From Octopus vulgaris (lineage: Eukaryota), in assembly GCA_951406725.2 (NCBI GenBank), contig OX597814.1, positions 169,322,001-169,386,000 of the forward strand: a stretch of DNA of 64,000 bases, written 5' to 3'. This document shows, piece after piece, positions 1 through 13,720 of the stretch. The notes under the pieces are model-generated. The model was given only the letters and a program-made list of their open reading frames with translations, had not been told where the DNA came from and made no database searches. A program made the translations under genes and the position numbers. The number at the start of each line of letters is the position of its first letter. Position 1 is the first letter of the stretch.

Positions 1-547
1 AACTCAATGAACAGTATAATTTGGTTTTACCAAGAGTGTGAGCACGTGGATGGAGGCGGGGTTAGAGAGAGAGAGAGAAAGAAGAAGAAAGAAAAGAAAG
101 TGAAAGAGAGAGAGAGAATGACAGAGAATTTTGTGCATCTCATAAAACATTGCACACAGACGTGTGTGTGTATGTTTGCTCTGTGCTTTTTTATTTATTC
201 ACCACCCCGCTTACACATTTATCTGATGTCATATTTGTTTCCAGGTCTTTGCCAAATCCATGGTTTTCATCTAACTGTCAATCTGTCATTGATGTTTTTT
301 GGTTATTTATCTGTATACGTACTTCCATATCCATAGATAATGTACACAAACATAAGTACATACTTACACACACACCCACCCACATCTACCCCACTGCCCA
401 CATACACACAGTCATGTTTTATTGGAAGCGTTCATACATTGGAATACAAAGATGGGTTGGTGGTAAACTCCCAACAAAACTTCTAGATTCAAACACAATT
501 GGTCTACTATACTTTGGGATGAACAACAAAAATTAGATATTAGATAG

Positions 548-708
548 ACATAGCTATGTGATAAGAAGTTTGTTTCTCAACCATGTGGTTCTGGGTTCAG
601 TCCCACTGCGTGGTACCTTGGGGAAGTGTTTTCAACAATATTCCTTAACTGACCAAAACCTTGTGAGTGGATTACATGGACAAAAACTGAAAGAAGCTCA
701 TTGGGTAC

Positions 709-768
<60 letters not shown>

Positions 769-830
769 ATGTGTGTGTGTATGTGTATTTGTGTGTGTGT
801 GTGTGCATGCACACGTGTGTGTGTGTGTGT
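548..830 (+). mobile_element. tRNA-headed SINE, family A (degenerate copy) running into (GT)n
   Basis: GCTATGTGATAAGAAG...GGTTCAGTCCCACTGCGTGGTACCTTGGG...AAACTGAAAGAAGC matches the better copies at 20929 and 50801; followed by (GT)n 711-830. Confidence 0.8.
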
Positions 831-1067
831 TACTGCTTACTTGCCTTGACATTGCATGATAGTTGTAAATGAGTGTCACTGTCATACTGGTGGTGTCTTC
901 CATTACCAATCTTCCATAAAAAAAGATGTCTGGTCATGGGGAAATATTATCTTGTTTGGAAACAAGAGGGCTGGTGATTATAAGGGCACTCCTGATATAG
1001 AAACCCTGTTTCAACATATTCTGTCTGACTTGCAAGCTTGGAAAAGAGGAACTGTGAAGTGAAAAAT

Positions 1068-1099
1068 AATGATGATGTTGATGATGATGATGATGATGT

Positions 1100-1148
<49 letters not shown>

Positions 1149-1227
1149 GGTGGTGGTGGTGGTGGTGGTGGTGGTGCTGATGATGATGATGATGGTGATG
1201 GTGATGGTGGTGATGGTGATGATGATG

Positions 1228-1277
<50 letters not shown>

Positions 1278-1300
1278 GATGATGGTGATGGTGATGATGT
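1068..1300. repeat. compound (GAT)n/(GGT)n trinucleotide microsatellite
   Basis: directly visible; source of the poly-D/G and poly-M/V ORFs. Confidence 0.95.
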
Positions 1301-1655
1301 GAGTTATAGTTAGCTCCTTAGCAGCTGCAGCCTACCTTTATTCAAGTTCAGTAGGAGAAATTGAGCAAGTACGAACCCTTATTTTGAAACTTTCAACTCT
1401 TCTGCTCAGATTTATAAAACCCATAATCAGTGGCTCATTTAGGTATGTTACTCAGGTCATGAATACTCATTGTCATAAATAAGAACCTCTTCCAGGCAAA
1501 GAATGAAACTTCAGGGTAATATTATCTTCCTTGGAAACGGCTGATAGCCAGCAACATGAAGGGCATCCAACCATAGAAGATCTGCCTCGATGAATTTCAT
1601 TTGATCCATGCAAGCATGTAAAAGTGGCCATCAGAATTATGACAACAACAACAAC

Positions 1656-1700
<45 letters not shown>

Positions 1701-2329
1701 GATGTTGATGATGATAAAAGCTTTTATGTTTAAAATAATGCAATCCAAAATTTTGTCAGTTCCAATTGATGGAACTTTGATTTTAAGATAAAATCTGCTG
1801 CAATGTCTATTTGCTTTTCCTTTTCTTTGTGTGAAAGATTGCTCAAGTTTCACATTTATAAATGGGTTTTCAACCTCAAAATTGGTTTGCAATTTTCATC
1901 TAGAAAATACTTTGTTACTGATTAATTTCATATCAGATTAATGTTGCAGAAGTGAATATTTTATAGTTTAATTTCAGGATGTTCAGTTTGTCAGCATAAA
2001 ACCGGCTGTGTGGTTAAGAAACCCACTTTGCAACCATGTGGTTCCAGGTTCAGGTTCAGTCCTATTGTATGGCACCTTCAGCAAGTTCTTTGTTCCTACT
2101 ATGGCTCTGGACCAACCAGTGCCTTGTGAGTGAATCTGGTAGATCAAAACTGGAAGCTTGTCAATTTTTCTCTCCTCATTTATTTTTTCTCTAGAAGAGT
2201 TTAATCTGGAAACATAAAAGAATTTACCTTAAAGAATTTTCATGATGTTAACCTAATATGCTATTTTTTTTTTTTACCTCATCTTTGTGTTATTTATAAT
2301 TTTTGCACTATATTATAACTATAACTATA

Positions 2330-2560
2330 TTATTAAGACTCAAGACTATTGAAAAGGTTGCAAGACGCAACGGAAATTTTAGGAAAATAGAAATAAGAAA
2401 TAAGTGGAAATTTTACCGGTGAGTGTGTTACATTATAAGGCACAAAAAGAAAATGACTCTCCCCAGACACAACAGAATATGCTTCAACACACGAACTCAA
2501 ATAAAGAATCTTGCAAACCAAATCCAAAAACGAAATATAGTATACATATGTACTTATGTA
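2330..2560 (+). mobile_element. Penelope-like terminal-repeat relic with degenerate hammerhead-like motif
   Basis: TTGAAAAG-GTTGC-aagac-GCAAC-G-GAAA at 2349-2376 resembles CUGAnGA/stem II/GAAA with core mutations; AT-rich flanks. Confidence 0.35.
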
Positions 2561-2582
2561 TATACAAAAAATGGTAAAAACT

Positions 2583-2900
2583 CCCTTTGGTCATGAATGA
2601 CCATGGGATTGCACCTAGAAAGTTATCCTCCAAGGCAAAGATCTGGGTAAAGTTATTTATGGAAGACCAGCACTCACCCATGCATACCAGCCTCTCCATG
2701 CTACTGATGTTACCCAAGGGAAAGGCAAAGACCAACACAACTTGGCATCAGTCACTTCACAACTCATTTCTACAGCTGAGTGAACTGGAGCAACATGGAA
2801 TGAAGTGTCTTACTCAAGAACACAACACACAGCCTGGTCCGAGAATTGAACTCACTACCTCATGATGGTTGTGAGCTCAACACTCTAACCACTGAGCTAT
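2583..2900 (-). mobile_element. tRNA-headed SINE, family C variant
   Basis: near-colinear with 33975-34290; head (reverse) has A-box CAGTGGTTAG and B-box GAGTTCAATTC. Confidence 0.8.
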
Positions 2901-3136
2901 ATATGCATATTTGCATGTATGTCATTGTGTTAGTGCTTTCCACTGCTCGACGACCAGTATTGGTTTGTTTACATCCCTGTAACTTAGAGGTTTGGCAAAA
3001 GAGACCTATAGAATAAGTATCAGACTTGCAAGATAAGTACTGGGTTCAACCAATCTGTTTGATTAAAACACTTAAAAGCAGTGCTCAGTACAGTCACAGT
3101 TCAATACCTGAAATGAACAGAAATAATAAGAAAAAA

Positions 3137-3700
<564 letters not shown>

Positions 3701-3916
3701 AGAAATATTACATTTCTTAATATCTCAGGGAGATATAAGCAGTAGTGGTACAACAGAGTAGTTGTATACTGTCAACTGAATGTGACAGTCCCATGAAGGG
3801 AATCACACCATTGCTATTACTTATTCTATCAGCCTCTTTTGCCAAACCACTAAATTATGGGGATGTAAACACACCAACATCAGTAGTCAAGCGATGGTGT
3901 GGGGAGACAAACAAAG

Positions 3917-4097
3917 ACAGACAAAGGGATTAAGTCGATTACATTGACCCCAGTTCATAACTGGTACTTAATTTATCGACCCCAAAAGGATGAAAGGCAA
4001 AGTTGACCTCGGCGGAATATGAACTCAGAACGTAACAGTAGATGAAATACCGCTATGCATTTCGCCCAGCGTACTAACATTTCTGCCAGCTTGCTGT
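3917..4097 (-). mobile_element. tRNA-headed SINE, family B
   Basis: reverse complement of GAGCTGGCAGAA...TTCTGAGTTCAAATTCCGCCGAGGTCGACTTTGCCTTTCATCC core also at 11521, 32995, 44807, 45050, 47981. Confidence 0.85.
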
Positions 4098-4853
4098 CTC
4101 TTACCACACAGCCACTCCTGTGCCTTTATCAATGTTTTTCACATACCTTTTTTTTTTCTCCATGAATTTCACCATCAGACTTTATTAAGTGTTCTGCCAT
4201 TGTAGATGCTTTACTTGGTTTTGCAATTTGAAGCCAGTATATGCAATTTGAAGCAAGGAAAGCGTTTTTGCTTTTTTGACAAAAATGATGAAATTTTAGC
4301 TTTCCTTTCATTCAATTCCAGATACTTTCATGTAAAATATTCTTCACTCATGATTGTAAAAGATAAATGTGTTGCCTAAATTTGTTATGCGTGACAAAAG
4401 CAGTATTAGTTCAAAGCAGCAATCTGTGTATCATAGGCATTTTCATGTTTAAAAGCCTGAAAATCTCTTATAGATGTATAATGTTAGCAATGTCACTGCT
4501 GCTGGTGGATGACTTTTATTTATTGCTGATATATTTCTGGGTTTTTTTTAACACTATACATCTACTGGAAATACTTTCTTGAGACTTTCAATGGTTTATA
4601 TACTTTAAGTATGATACACAAATTGCTATTGTTTAAATATTGCTTTAATTTCACTAGATTTAAGTTGCTGTTATTTTAAACTCTTTCACATTCAATTCAC
4701 ATTCCACTTATCACCAGTCTTATCACCAGTTCAAGTGATACCGTGAACAATACAAGCTTAATCATATTTTTACTTCTTATTTTTTCATGGTTCATCTTGC
4801 TGTTTTGATGATCTTGCAACTGAATTTGTTATAGGCTCAAACTGTGTAACATC

Positions 4854-5118
4854 TGTAGTGGCACAAGCAGTCAGCGCCATGTCGGATGAGATCTTGCGGC
4901 AGCCATTGCCATCTCCGAGACTGGAGCGAGACCTCACCTGCATCCATTTGCCATGCGAGAGATCCCAACGAGGCTCGTGATGGCAAACTGTATAAAAGGG
5001 CCAAACAGAAACAGATTCATTCTCTTTTCACCACAAGCGCTTGCCGAGCACACTTCACTGGCTGGGTCTCCAAGCTAGTCCCGTCTGCATGTTGTATCTC
5101 CAGAGGCAATGGGCAATG
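4854..5118 (+). mobile_element. possible LTR fragment (solo-LTR-like)
   Basis: GC/CpG-rich island starting TGT, TATAAAAG at 4991-4998 followed by CATTCTCTTTTC; no 3' CA end or TSD found. Confidence 0.3.
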
Positions 5119-6845
5119 AGGCTATAGTAGAAGACACTTGCCCATAGTACCACGCAGTGAGACTGAACCCAGAACATGTGGTTGGGAAGCAAGTTTCTTA
5201 CCACACAGCCTCTCCTGTGCCTTTATCAATGTTTTTCACATACTTTTTTTTTGTCTCCATGAATTTCACCAACAAAATGCACACAGATTGAAATGGTATG
5301 CTGAGAGCAACACACTTCACCTATTCTGTGAAACTTGTAAATAAACCGGTTGTAAATTGCATTTGTACCTAAAGACTTCCTTCCTTGCCTGCTGAAGCCT
5401 GAATTACACGAAGAACAATATTTAATGGGAGAAGGCGATATTCACCCGATATCGTAAACCTTGCCTCCCATTATACACTGTTTTTCATTCATGTGATTTG
5501 GGTTCTGCCTATTAACACTTGACATATTGATTGTTTTAATCATTCAGCCATTAGGGATGTAAATAGAGTGTGATTTATTGATTACCGAAAATTATAATTG
5601 CCTGAAACATCAATTTACGCTATGCATACATTAAAAAGTTACTAAACTATTTAATACTAGTATTTTAACAGCCATTGCGCATTTGTTGTTTCCTAAACTG
5701 AAAGCAATTGAAAATTATTGCATAATATTGACTTGGAGTTGCTAAATTTCACCGGCTCAGTAAAATATATCCAGAATTAATATTCTTACATCAAAACTAA
5801 GTGCTTGTTATTCAAGCAGAAGATACTATGAAAATCCTATATAAATTTGTCTGTTGAGTCTATGTGGAGGTATGTGTGTCAGTGGCATTACTTTCCTTCA
5901 CCTGTGGATATAGTTGTGTATGTATGTGAATATGTATGCGTGTGTGAGAGAGCTGACTGACTGCTGGAGGAATATAAAATGCTGAATATTGTGAAGGTGG
6001 GGGAAGAGTTTTGTGGTGGGGAAAAGGCATGTCCTAGTGTGTACTTGCATATGTTATGTGTGTGTGTGTGTGTTTGTTTATTGTTTTAACAAGTAATGTG
6101 TTAGTCTATATATGAATATATTTAAGCATGTGTGTGTGTATTTTTTCATTGCTTTAACAGCTGTATACATATATCTGTATGTGTGTAACTATGTGTTGTA
6201 ACTAATATACTGCGTTTGTTTATACTGATTAAATCAGTGATAAAAATAAACAAAAATACAAGAATTTTTTTTTTTCAATAAACAATGTTTCATTACAATT
6301 ATATGAACATACATATTTTAAAACACTTCTATACTACATATTTATTTCTTTAAAACTCAGCCATGGAAACCAGCAATATCTGATGCAAATCGTCTGAGTT
6401 CCAGAGACTTCAGTTTAAGTAACCATGTGCAAGAGCAGTGGAAGCCTGTTGTGTGAATATGTATGTGCATGCACCTACATGTTTTTGTTTGTGTTTATCC
6501 CCACTTCCCTATGCTTGACAGCCAATGTTGGTTCATTTACGTCCCTGTAACATAACAGCTTGGCAAAATAGACCGATGGAATACATACTGAACTTTAAAA
6601 AGTTCATATGAACTTTAAAAATGGTCCATATGGCTCTTGAGGACTTTGGGGGTTCCACGCAACAAAATAGTAAACTGGGAATCCACAATATTTTAAGGGC
6701 CCCTGAAAAAATTTTACTTTAGATCTAGGTATTGGTGTGTATTGCAAGAAACAGCTAGGTTTCTTTCTCTAATGTTTTACATTGTTCAACCTACACAAGT
6801 GAAAAATGAAATAGAGATTTATTCCTCCAAATTTGAATGAGAAAT

Positions 6846-7830
6846 TCAAAGGTATGTGGATTCCATGAATGATTTCCCAGATGTTCAATATGTGCACCAC
6901 CTGAGACACGGCACACATCAAGCCAGTAGTCGAGCTCCTCCCAAATATGCTTCAGTATGTCTTGGGTAACAGTCTCCAGTGTGGTAGTGATTCTCTACTG
7001 GAGTTCCTCTAGGTTTGCAGGAAGAGCAGGGATATAGACCAGGCCCTTCACGTAGCTCCAGAGAAAAAACCACAAGGTGTCAGGTCAGGTGAACGTGGCA
7101 GCCATTTCAACAGCACATTGTCTTCCTCACCAGCATGCCCGGTCCATCTCCCTCGCAGATTGTCTTTGAGATAAGCCCTCACAGTGAGCTTCCAGTGAGG
7201 TGGAGCCCCATCCTGTTGAAAAATGAAGTCTTCATGTTCATTTGCAATGAGCTCATCCATTTGCCAGTTCTGAAGCATTTGCAGATAAACATCACTGGTC
7301 ACATTTCCCTGAAAGAAAAACGGGCCATGAAGATGCTTCTTGGAGATGGCACAGAACACATTCACTTTTAGTAAGTTCCTCTCATGCTAAACTGTGGCAT
7401 GGGATTTTCTTTGCCTTAAATGCGAACATTTTACTTATTGACTTTACCATTCATATGAAATGTGGCCTCATCACTGAAAACAAGGTGTTACTTGAACTCG
7501 GCTTCTTCAAATTTCTTTTGCATATCGACACAGAATTGTTTGTGCTTTTGCTTGTCATCTGCCATTATGGCCTGAATGAGCTGCAGCTTGTAGGGTTTCA
7601 TTAGCAAGCATTTCCTCAGGACATGCCAAACTATTGTTGGAGGAATCTGGGTTTCCAGACTTGTTCTTCTGATGGACTTCTTGAGGCTTCGCATGAGTTT
7701 TGGGTGAACCCGCTCAACCATTTCTTCCTATGTTAAAGGTCATCCAGATCCTTTTGCCCTGCACAGACAACCTTCCTCTTTGAATGTTTTGTGCCATGTC
7801 CAAATCTGCATCAGTTGGATGGTTTAACAG
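6846..7830 (-). pseudogene. decayed Tc1/mariner transposase, rosa/DD41D-like
   Basis: minus-strand fragments read VFSDEATFH..GKVN, GPFFF, FQQDGAPPH, WLPRSPDLTPC(G)FF/LWSYVK, AHIEHL with stops and frameshifts. Confidence 0.9.
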
Positions 7831-7940
7831 GATCTGGGGAGAACATGGCCATGTTGAGCTCTAATGTCAGCATTGGTATGGCTTTGATGGTTAGATGCCC
7901 TTCCTAACACCAATATACATTATATGTATATATATATCAT

Positions 7941-8280
7941 AGGTACAGGTGTGGCTGTGTGGTAAGGAGATTGCTTCCCAACAACATGGTTCCACATTCA
8001 GTCCCACTGTGTGACACCTTGGGTGAGTGTCTTCTATAGCCACAGACTGACCAAAGCCTTGTGAGTGGATTTGGAAGACAGAAACTGAAAGAAGCCGGTC
8101 ATATATATATATATATATATGTATATATCTACATGTGTGTGTGTTTTTATGTGTGTTTGTTCCCCACTACCACTTGACAACTGGTGTTGGTGTGTTTACA
8201 TCTTTGTAACTTAGCAGTTCGGCAAAAAGAGACCAGTAGAATAAGTACCAAGCTTTAAAAAAATACCCTGAGGTCGATTT
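7941..8280 (+). mobile_element. family A SINE
   Basis: head, central (TA)/(TG) tract and 3' CTTGACAAC...AGAATAAGTAC domain. Confidence 0.85.
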
Positions 8281-9502
8281 CATCATCATCATTATTAATT
8301 AATGTCTGTTGTCTGTGCTGGGATATGTTGACCAAGGCTGGCATGGTGGAAGGCTGTACCAGACTCTAGTCTGATTTGGCATGATTTCTACAGCTGGACG
8401 CCCTTCCTAACGCCAACCACTCCAAGAATGTAATGAGTGCTTTTATGTGCCACCAGCATGAGTGCCATTTGCATAACACCTGTATCTGCCATGACTACAA
8501 TTTAACTTGGCTTGATGGGTCTTCTTCTCAAGCATGGCATAATACCAAAGGTCTTGGTTATTTGTCATTGCCTCATCGAGGCCCAACACTCAAAAGATGC
8601 TTTTATATGCCACCAGCATCACTCCTCTTGCTTCCATGAGGCCCAATGCTTGAAAGGTGCTTTTTACATGTCATTTGCCAGTTATGTGACACCAGCATCA
8701 GCCACGACTATAATTTCACTTATAAGTATGGCATATCACCAAAGGTCTCAGTCACTAGTCATTACCTCTGTGAGGCCCAACGTTCAAAGATCATGCTTCA
8801 CCACCTCATCCCATGTCTTCCTGGGTCTACCTCTACCACAGGTTCCCTCCACAGTTAGAGATCAGCACTTCTGTATACAGCTGTTCTTATCCATACACAC
8901 CACATGACCATACCAATGCAGTTGTCTCTCTTGCATACCACATCTGATGGCTCTTATGCCCAGCTTTTCTCTCAGGATGCTTACACTCTGTCGAACATGC
9001 ACACTGACATTGCATATCCAGTGAAGCATACTGGTTTCATTTCTTTCAAGCCTATGCATGTCCTCAGCTGTCACAGCCCATGTTTCACTGCCATGTAGCA
9101 TAACAGTTTGCACACAATCATCATACAGTGTGCCTTTCACTCTGAGGGAGAAACCCTTTGTTGCCAGCAGGGGCAGGTGTTCTCTGAACTTTGCCCAGCC
9201 CATTCTTATTCTCACAGCTATGCTCTCAGAGCACCCACCTCCAATACTAAATTGGTCACCTACATAATGGAAGCTATCTTCTACCTCTAGTTTACCCCAA
9301 CTCACAGTTGATGGAGTCTATTTTCTGTACATTTTCAGTATTTATTGTACCTGTGCACCTTCCGCACACAAAAACTATACTCCCAGTTAACCTTCCTCTG
9401 ATATTGTTGCACCTCTTATGTTTCTATAGTTTACATTAAGATCAAACAGACTATCTACCTGAAGGGATTTGTGATTTACCTTCCTTCCTACTTACTAAGA
9501 CT
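8281..9502 (-). mobile_element. decayed 5'-truncated RTE-clade LINE (same family as 54478-57923)
   Basis: KLEVEDSFHYVGD..WAKFRE..LHGSETW..WYGHV matches the C-terminus of the 56063 ORF; 3' UTR and (CAT)n tail at 8281-8740. Confidence 0.92.
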
Positions 9503-9609
9503 TTGATTTGTTTGATTAAAACCCTTCAAGGCAGTGCCTTAGCATGGCCGCAGCCAAATAGCCAAAACAAATAAAAATACTAAAGGAATATATATATATA
9601 GCCATAATA

Positions 9610-9793
9610 TATCGGTAGCCACTACACACATTTTTTTCTCTCCTTGTATCTTTCTGTGTTCCTTTCTGTGGAAGAGCGTAGGCTCGAACCGTGAACCACT
9701 TTTTCAATTCCCAAGCATTATACTAATACATCTGTTTGTTTTGTACACCACCTGTCTTTGTCTTTTGTTTTTTTATGAATTCCCCCATATATA

Positions 9794-9886
<93 letters not shown>
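9610..9886 (+). mobile_element. Penelope-like terminal-repeat element ending in (TA)n; related copies at 20420-20560 (-) and 42466-42635 (-)
   Basis: three related copies, consensus TTCTGTTGAAGAGCGTAGGCTCGAAACGTAAAAGAC resembling a minimal hammerhead; all abut (TA)n. Confidence 0.55.
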
Positions 9887-9890
<4 letters not shown>

Positions 9891-10485
9891 TGAACAAATG
9901 AATGGAAGTAACACTAAGCACGTAGTTGGAGTTGTATTTATTGAGTAACAAGTGGATTTAGCTCCTCATGTTTCTTAAAGTTTCATTGCCATGAAAGGAT
10001 GTCCATCTCTCATTTTCAACAATCACCATACACTTGTGACTCAGTGACATTAACATTCCACCTGCTTTAAGTTGTGAGGTGTCATCATCTTCCATCTATT
10101 TTTAACCACATAGCCATACTTGACCATTTGGTTATAAACTCTCGCTCTCTCTCAGTATGTAATACAGAAACCATTTCTCACCATTTTATGTCATAAGCAC
10201 AGGTGTTGCTTATATGCTAAATACCTTGCATTGAAGACTAAGTGACACTAATATCCTGTCTGCTTTAACATATGGTGAGCTTCCTTCAAGTTGTCTGCTA
10301 TCACTAAGTCATATCACTTTTCCATTCCAACATGGTTTGAAATGATGAAATAGGAGTTAAGTTCTTTCTGTAATAAAGAAGCAAATTTGTTTTTTTCCAC
10401 TTTGCTTCTGAATGTCTGTGAAGAGGGATGCTTTATCATATCCATGAAACTCAAAGTAACAAGACAACCTGAGTCAAACTGTTAT

Positions 10486-10524
<39 letters not shown>

Positions 10525-10544
10525 TTATGTATATGTATGTAGGC

Positions 10545-10752
10545 ATTCTTTTTTTTCTTTTACTTGTTTCAGTCAACTGACTGTGGCCATGCTGGAGCAT
10601 CCCCTTGAAGAGTTTTAGTCGAGCAAATCGACCCCTGAACTTATTCTTTGTAAGCCTAGTGCTTATTCTATTGCTCTCTTTTTGGCAAACCACTAAGTTA
10701 CAGGGGAGTAAACACACCAACATCGGTTGTCAAGTGACAGCGGGGTGACACA

Positions 10753-10797
<45 letters not shown>

Positions 10798-10960
10798 CAG
10801 GCTTCTTTCAGTTTCCATCTAATAAAATCCACTCACAAGGTTTTGGTCAGCCCAAGGCTATAGTTGAAGACATTTGCTCAAGGTACCATGCAATGGGACT
10901 GAACCCAGAGCCATGTGGTTGGGGATCAAGCTTCTTACCACACACCCATGCCTATACCTA
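10545..10960 (-). mobile_element. family A SINE, near full length
   Basis: colinear with 50801-51202. Confidence 0.9.
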
Positions 10961-11520
10961 TATATAATCACCATCAACATCATTATCATCATCATCGTTT
11001 AATGTCTATTTTCCATGCTGGCATGAGTTGGACAGTTTAAGAGGAGATGACAAGCCAGAAAACTGTACCAAGCTCTTACCAAAGCTTGATGCTCTTCTCA
11101 ATGCCAATCGCTTTACAGTGAGTACTGTTTTGTCTTTACATGGTACTGGCACCTGTGAAGTCACCAAATAACTCATAAGACCCCTCAACTGAAAGTCGAG
11201 CCATACTAAAAAAAAAGGTGGATCTATCCCAAATGATGGGAGTTGAAAGTATGTTAGAGGAATAGAAACAGGTGTCTTGCTGTGGAGATGATGCATGGCT
11301 ATTCCAGTTGGAATAGGAAGGAAGATGGTGGTGAAGAGGTGTCAGGATGTCTCCTCAAGTTACAGGAAGTTGTAAGAGATGTGTCCCAGAAGATTGGACA
11401 GAGTGAATGGGTAGGTATATTTGCATGGGTATGAAAGGAGAGTGGCCGATGGATAGAGTTGGAGTATGGATAAAGTTGGAGTATGGATAGAGGAGAGTGG
11501 CAGATGGATAAAGGCAGCAA

Positions 11521-11753
11521 AAGCGGTGAGCTGGCAGAATCGTTAGCACGCCGGGCGAACTGCTTAGCTGTATTTCATCTGCTGTTATGTTCTGAGTTCA
11601 AATACCACCGAGGTCGACTTTGCCTTTCATCGTTTCAGGGTCGATAAATTAAGTACCAGTTACGCACTGGGGTCGATGTAATCAGCTTAATCCCTTTGTC
11701 TGTCCTTGTTTGTCCCTTCTATGTTTAGCCTCTTGTGGGCAATAAAGAAATAA
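11521..11753 (+). mobile_element. family B SINE inserted into the head of another family B copy
   Basis: full body; flanked by AGATGGATAA(A)GG at ~11502 and ~11753; second head 11762-11850. Confidence 0.85.
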
Positions 11754-11850
11754 GATGGATAAGGACGGCAAGCTTGGCAGAAACGTTAGCAAGCTGGGTG
11801 AAATGTTTAGCAGTATTTCATCTGCTGCCACATTCTGAGTTCAAATTCCA

Positions 11851-13720
11851 TGGTTAGATTGCTGCTTTGTACAGCAGCATCTGCTTGGTTGTTCGGGTGA
11901 ATGGTCACCTGTCAGAGCCATTCAGCATCTTGCAGTTGGTCTGTCAAGGGTGCCTTCTCTCTACCCTTCTGTATGTACTGGCTCTTGAACCATTACTGTG
12001 GAAGTTGGAGGCTTTGAGGGGTGTCCCATGTGATCTAGGATGTGGGAGAAGTGTGTCTGCTGACGCTGATGATGTCACCATCATAGTGTTGAGCCACAGG
12101 TATATAGACCTGATTGGTGAAACACATAAGGATATGGAACAGTGACAGGAAGAAAAATTAACAAGGAAAAGTCAGTGGGCTTGCATTTAAGCACCTGAAG
12201 AGGCAAGCCCATGCCATCTGACAGTGTTGTGGGGCACTGGACAGACAGTTCCGTTAAGTTGCTCGGAGTCTGGTTTAATCCAGACCTCCAGTTGGAGAAA
12301 AACTGGGATGAGGTGATGAGCAGAGTAGCCAACCTCACCCAGAAATGGGTCGAGTGGAAGCTGTCCCTGAAAGGTCAAGTGGAGGTGGTGAATGCATACA
12401 TCACATCCATCATCTATTACCACTTGACTGTCGTTCCTTGCCCTGTTTGCTGCTTGACCAAGCTGGTGCGCTTACTCTTCCGCTTTCTGTGGAAGGGGTG
12501 CATTCCACTGGTCAGGTGCTCCATATGCTGTCAACAGCCACTGCATGGTGGGCTGGGCAAGCTTGGTTACTGATGTGCAGACATGCACTATCTCTAGCGT
12601 TTCCTTGATGGTGAACAGGTGTGGTCACTGGGCACTTGGCACCTCAAGTGCTGTCAAGTGCTCACAGCTCTCTGCCAGGCAGGCAATGCGGTCAGTGGTA
12701 GTTCTACTCTAGCGTTCTATAGAAGGCTAGTGGAGGGAAAGTGCAATGACATTCTCATGGATACTCTGGGTGTTGATGAAGATAAACTAACCAGCCTGTT
12801 TCAGAGAATTTTGGGCCTGGACCTATGGATAACTTCCAGAAATCCCTTGCCTGGCAGTGCAACTGAGGGGCACTGCCTATTCGAGATAAACTTTACAGGC
12901 ATGGAAATGGCATCAGCCAGGCCTGCCCAAGGTGCGCCCAGAATGATGAAACCATTCTGCACGCCCTAGTCCAGTGCCCAAGTATTGCTGATCTGTGGGT
13001 TTATCTCGAATACCTGCTCTTGCATGTAGGACAGATCTGGCTATCAGCTGAATCCATTGTGAAGATTGCCCCACCACCCTCTTTTGACTGGGGTGGGGGC
13101 AGGCAATTTTTATTTGTGTAGTGGTTGTAGCGAAAGAGGTTGTATGGTGGACCCGTTTAAAAGGGCTAAAGACAGACACTTTCCTCTTTGGCCAAGCCCT
13201 CATCAACTTTTTCAAGTTGAGGGTGGAGAGGGAAGTATCGCCTTCTAGCAAGTTTGTTGAAAGGTGGATGAATGTTGGAAGAATGGTCAGTGTGAAAGGA
13301 CCAATTCTGAGCGTGCACCTGTATAAAAAGGGAATTAAAGAAGGGCTCTTTGTTGATCAGGCACCCATGACGTTTCTGGGTTTTTCCATGAGGACCTTAA
13401 AGTACCTCCCCTGTTGGGAGTTTCAATTTATTCTATTTTAATTGTTATTTATATTGTTTAATCATCATCATCATCGTTTAACGTCTGCTTTCCATGCTAG
13501 CATGGGTTGGACGATTTGACTGAGGTCTGGCAAACCAGATGGCTGCACCAGGCTCCAATCTGATCTGGCAGAGTCTCTACAGCTTGATGCCCTTCCTAAC
13601 GCCAACCACTCTGTGAGTATATGTGGAAAACCCATTGTATTGTCCTGTTTTTGTCTTTTATGCTGTTGCATGTCCTTTAATGTTATTGTATGTGAGCCCT
13701 TGTGGCTAAAAAAAGAATGA
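11851..13720 (+). mobile_element. decayed 5'-truncated Tx1/L1-clade LINE (RT, thumb, CCHC), interrupted by an RTE 3' tail at 13461-13620
   Basis: VNGHLSEPF..QGCLLSTLLYVLALEPLL..SADADDVT (YADD equivalent), KLLGVWF, KLSLKG, LFRFLWKG..PLHGGLG, CPRC..ETILHAL.QCP across frameshifts. Confidence 0.9.

Noticed and set aside
1038-1313. poly-D/G acidic ORF
   Set aside because: Pure (GAT)n/(GGT)n microsatellite.
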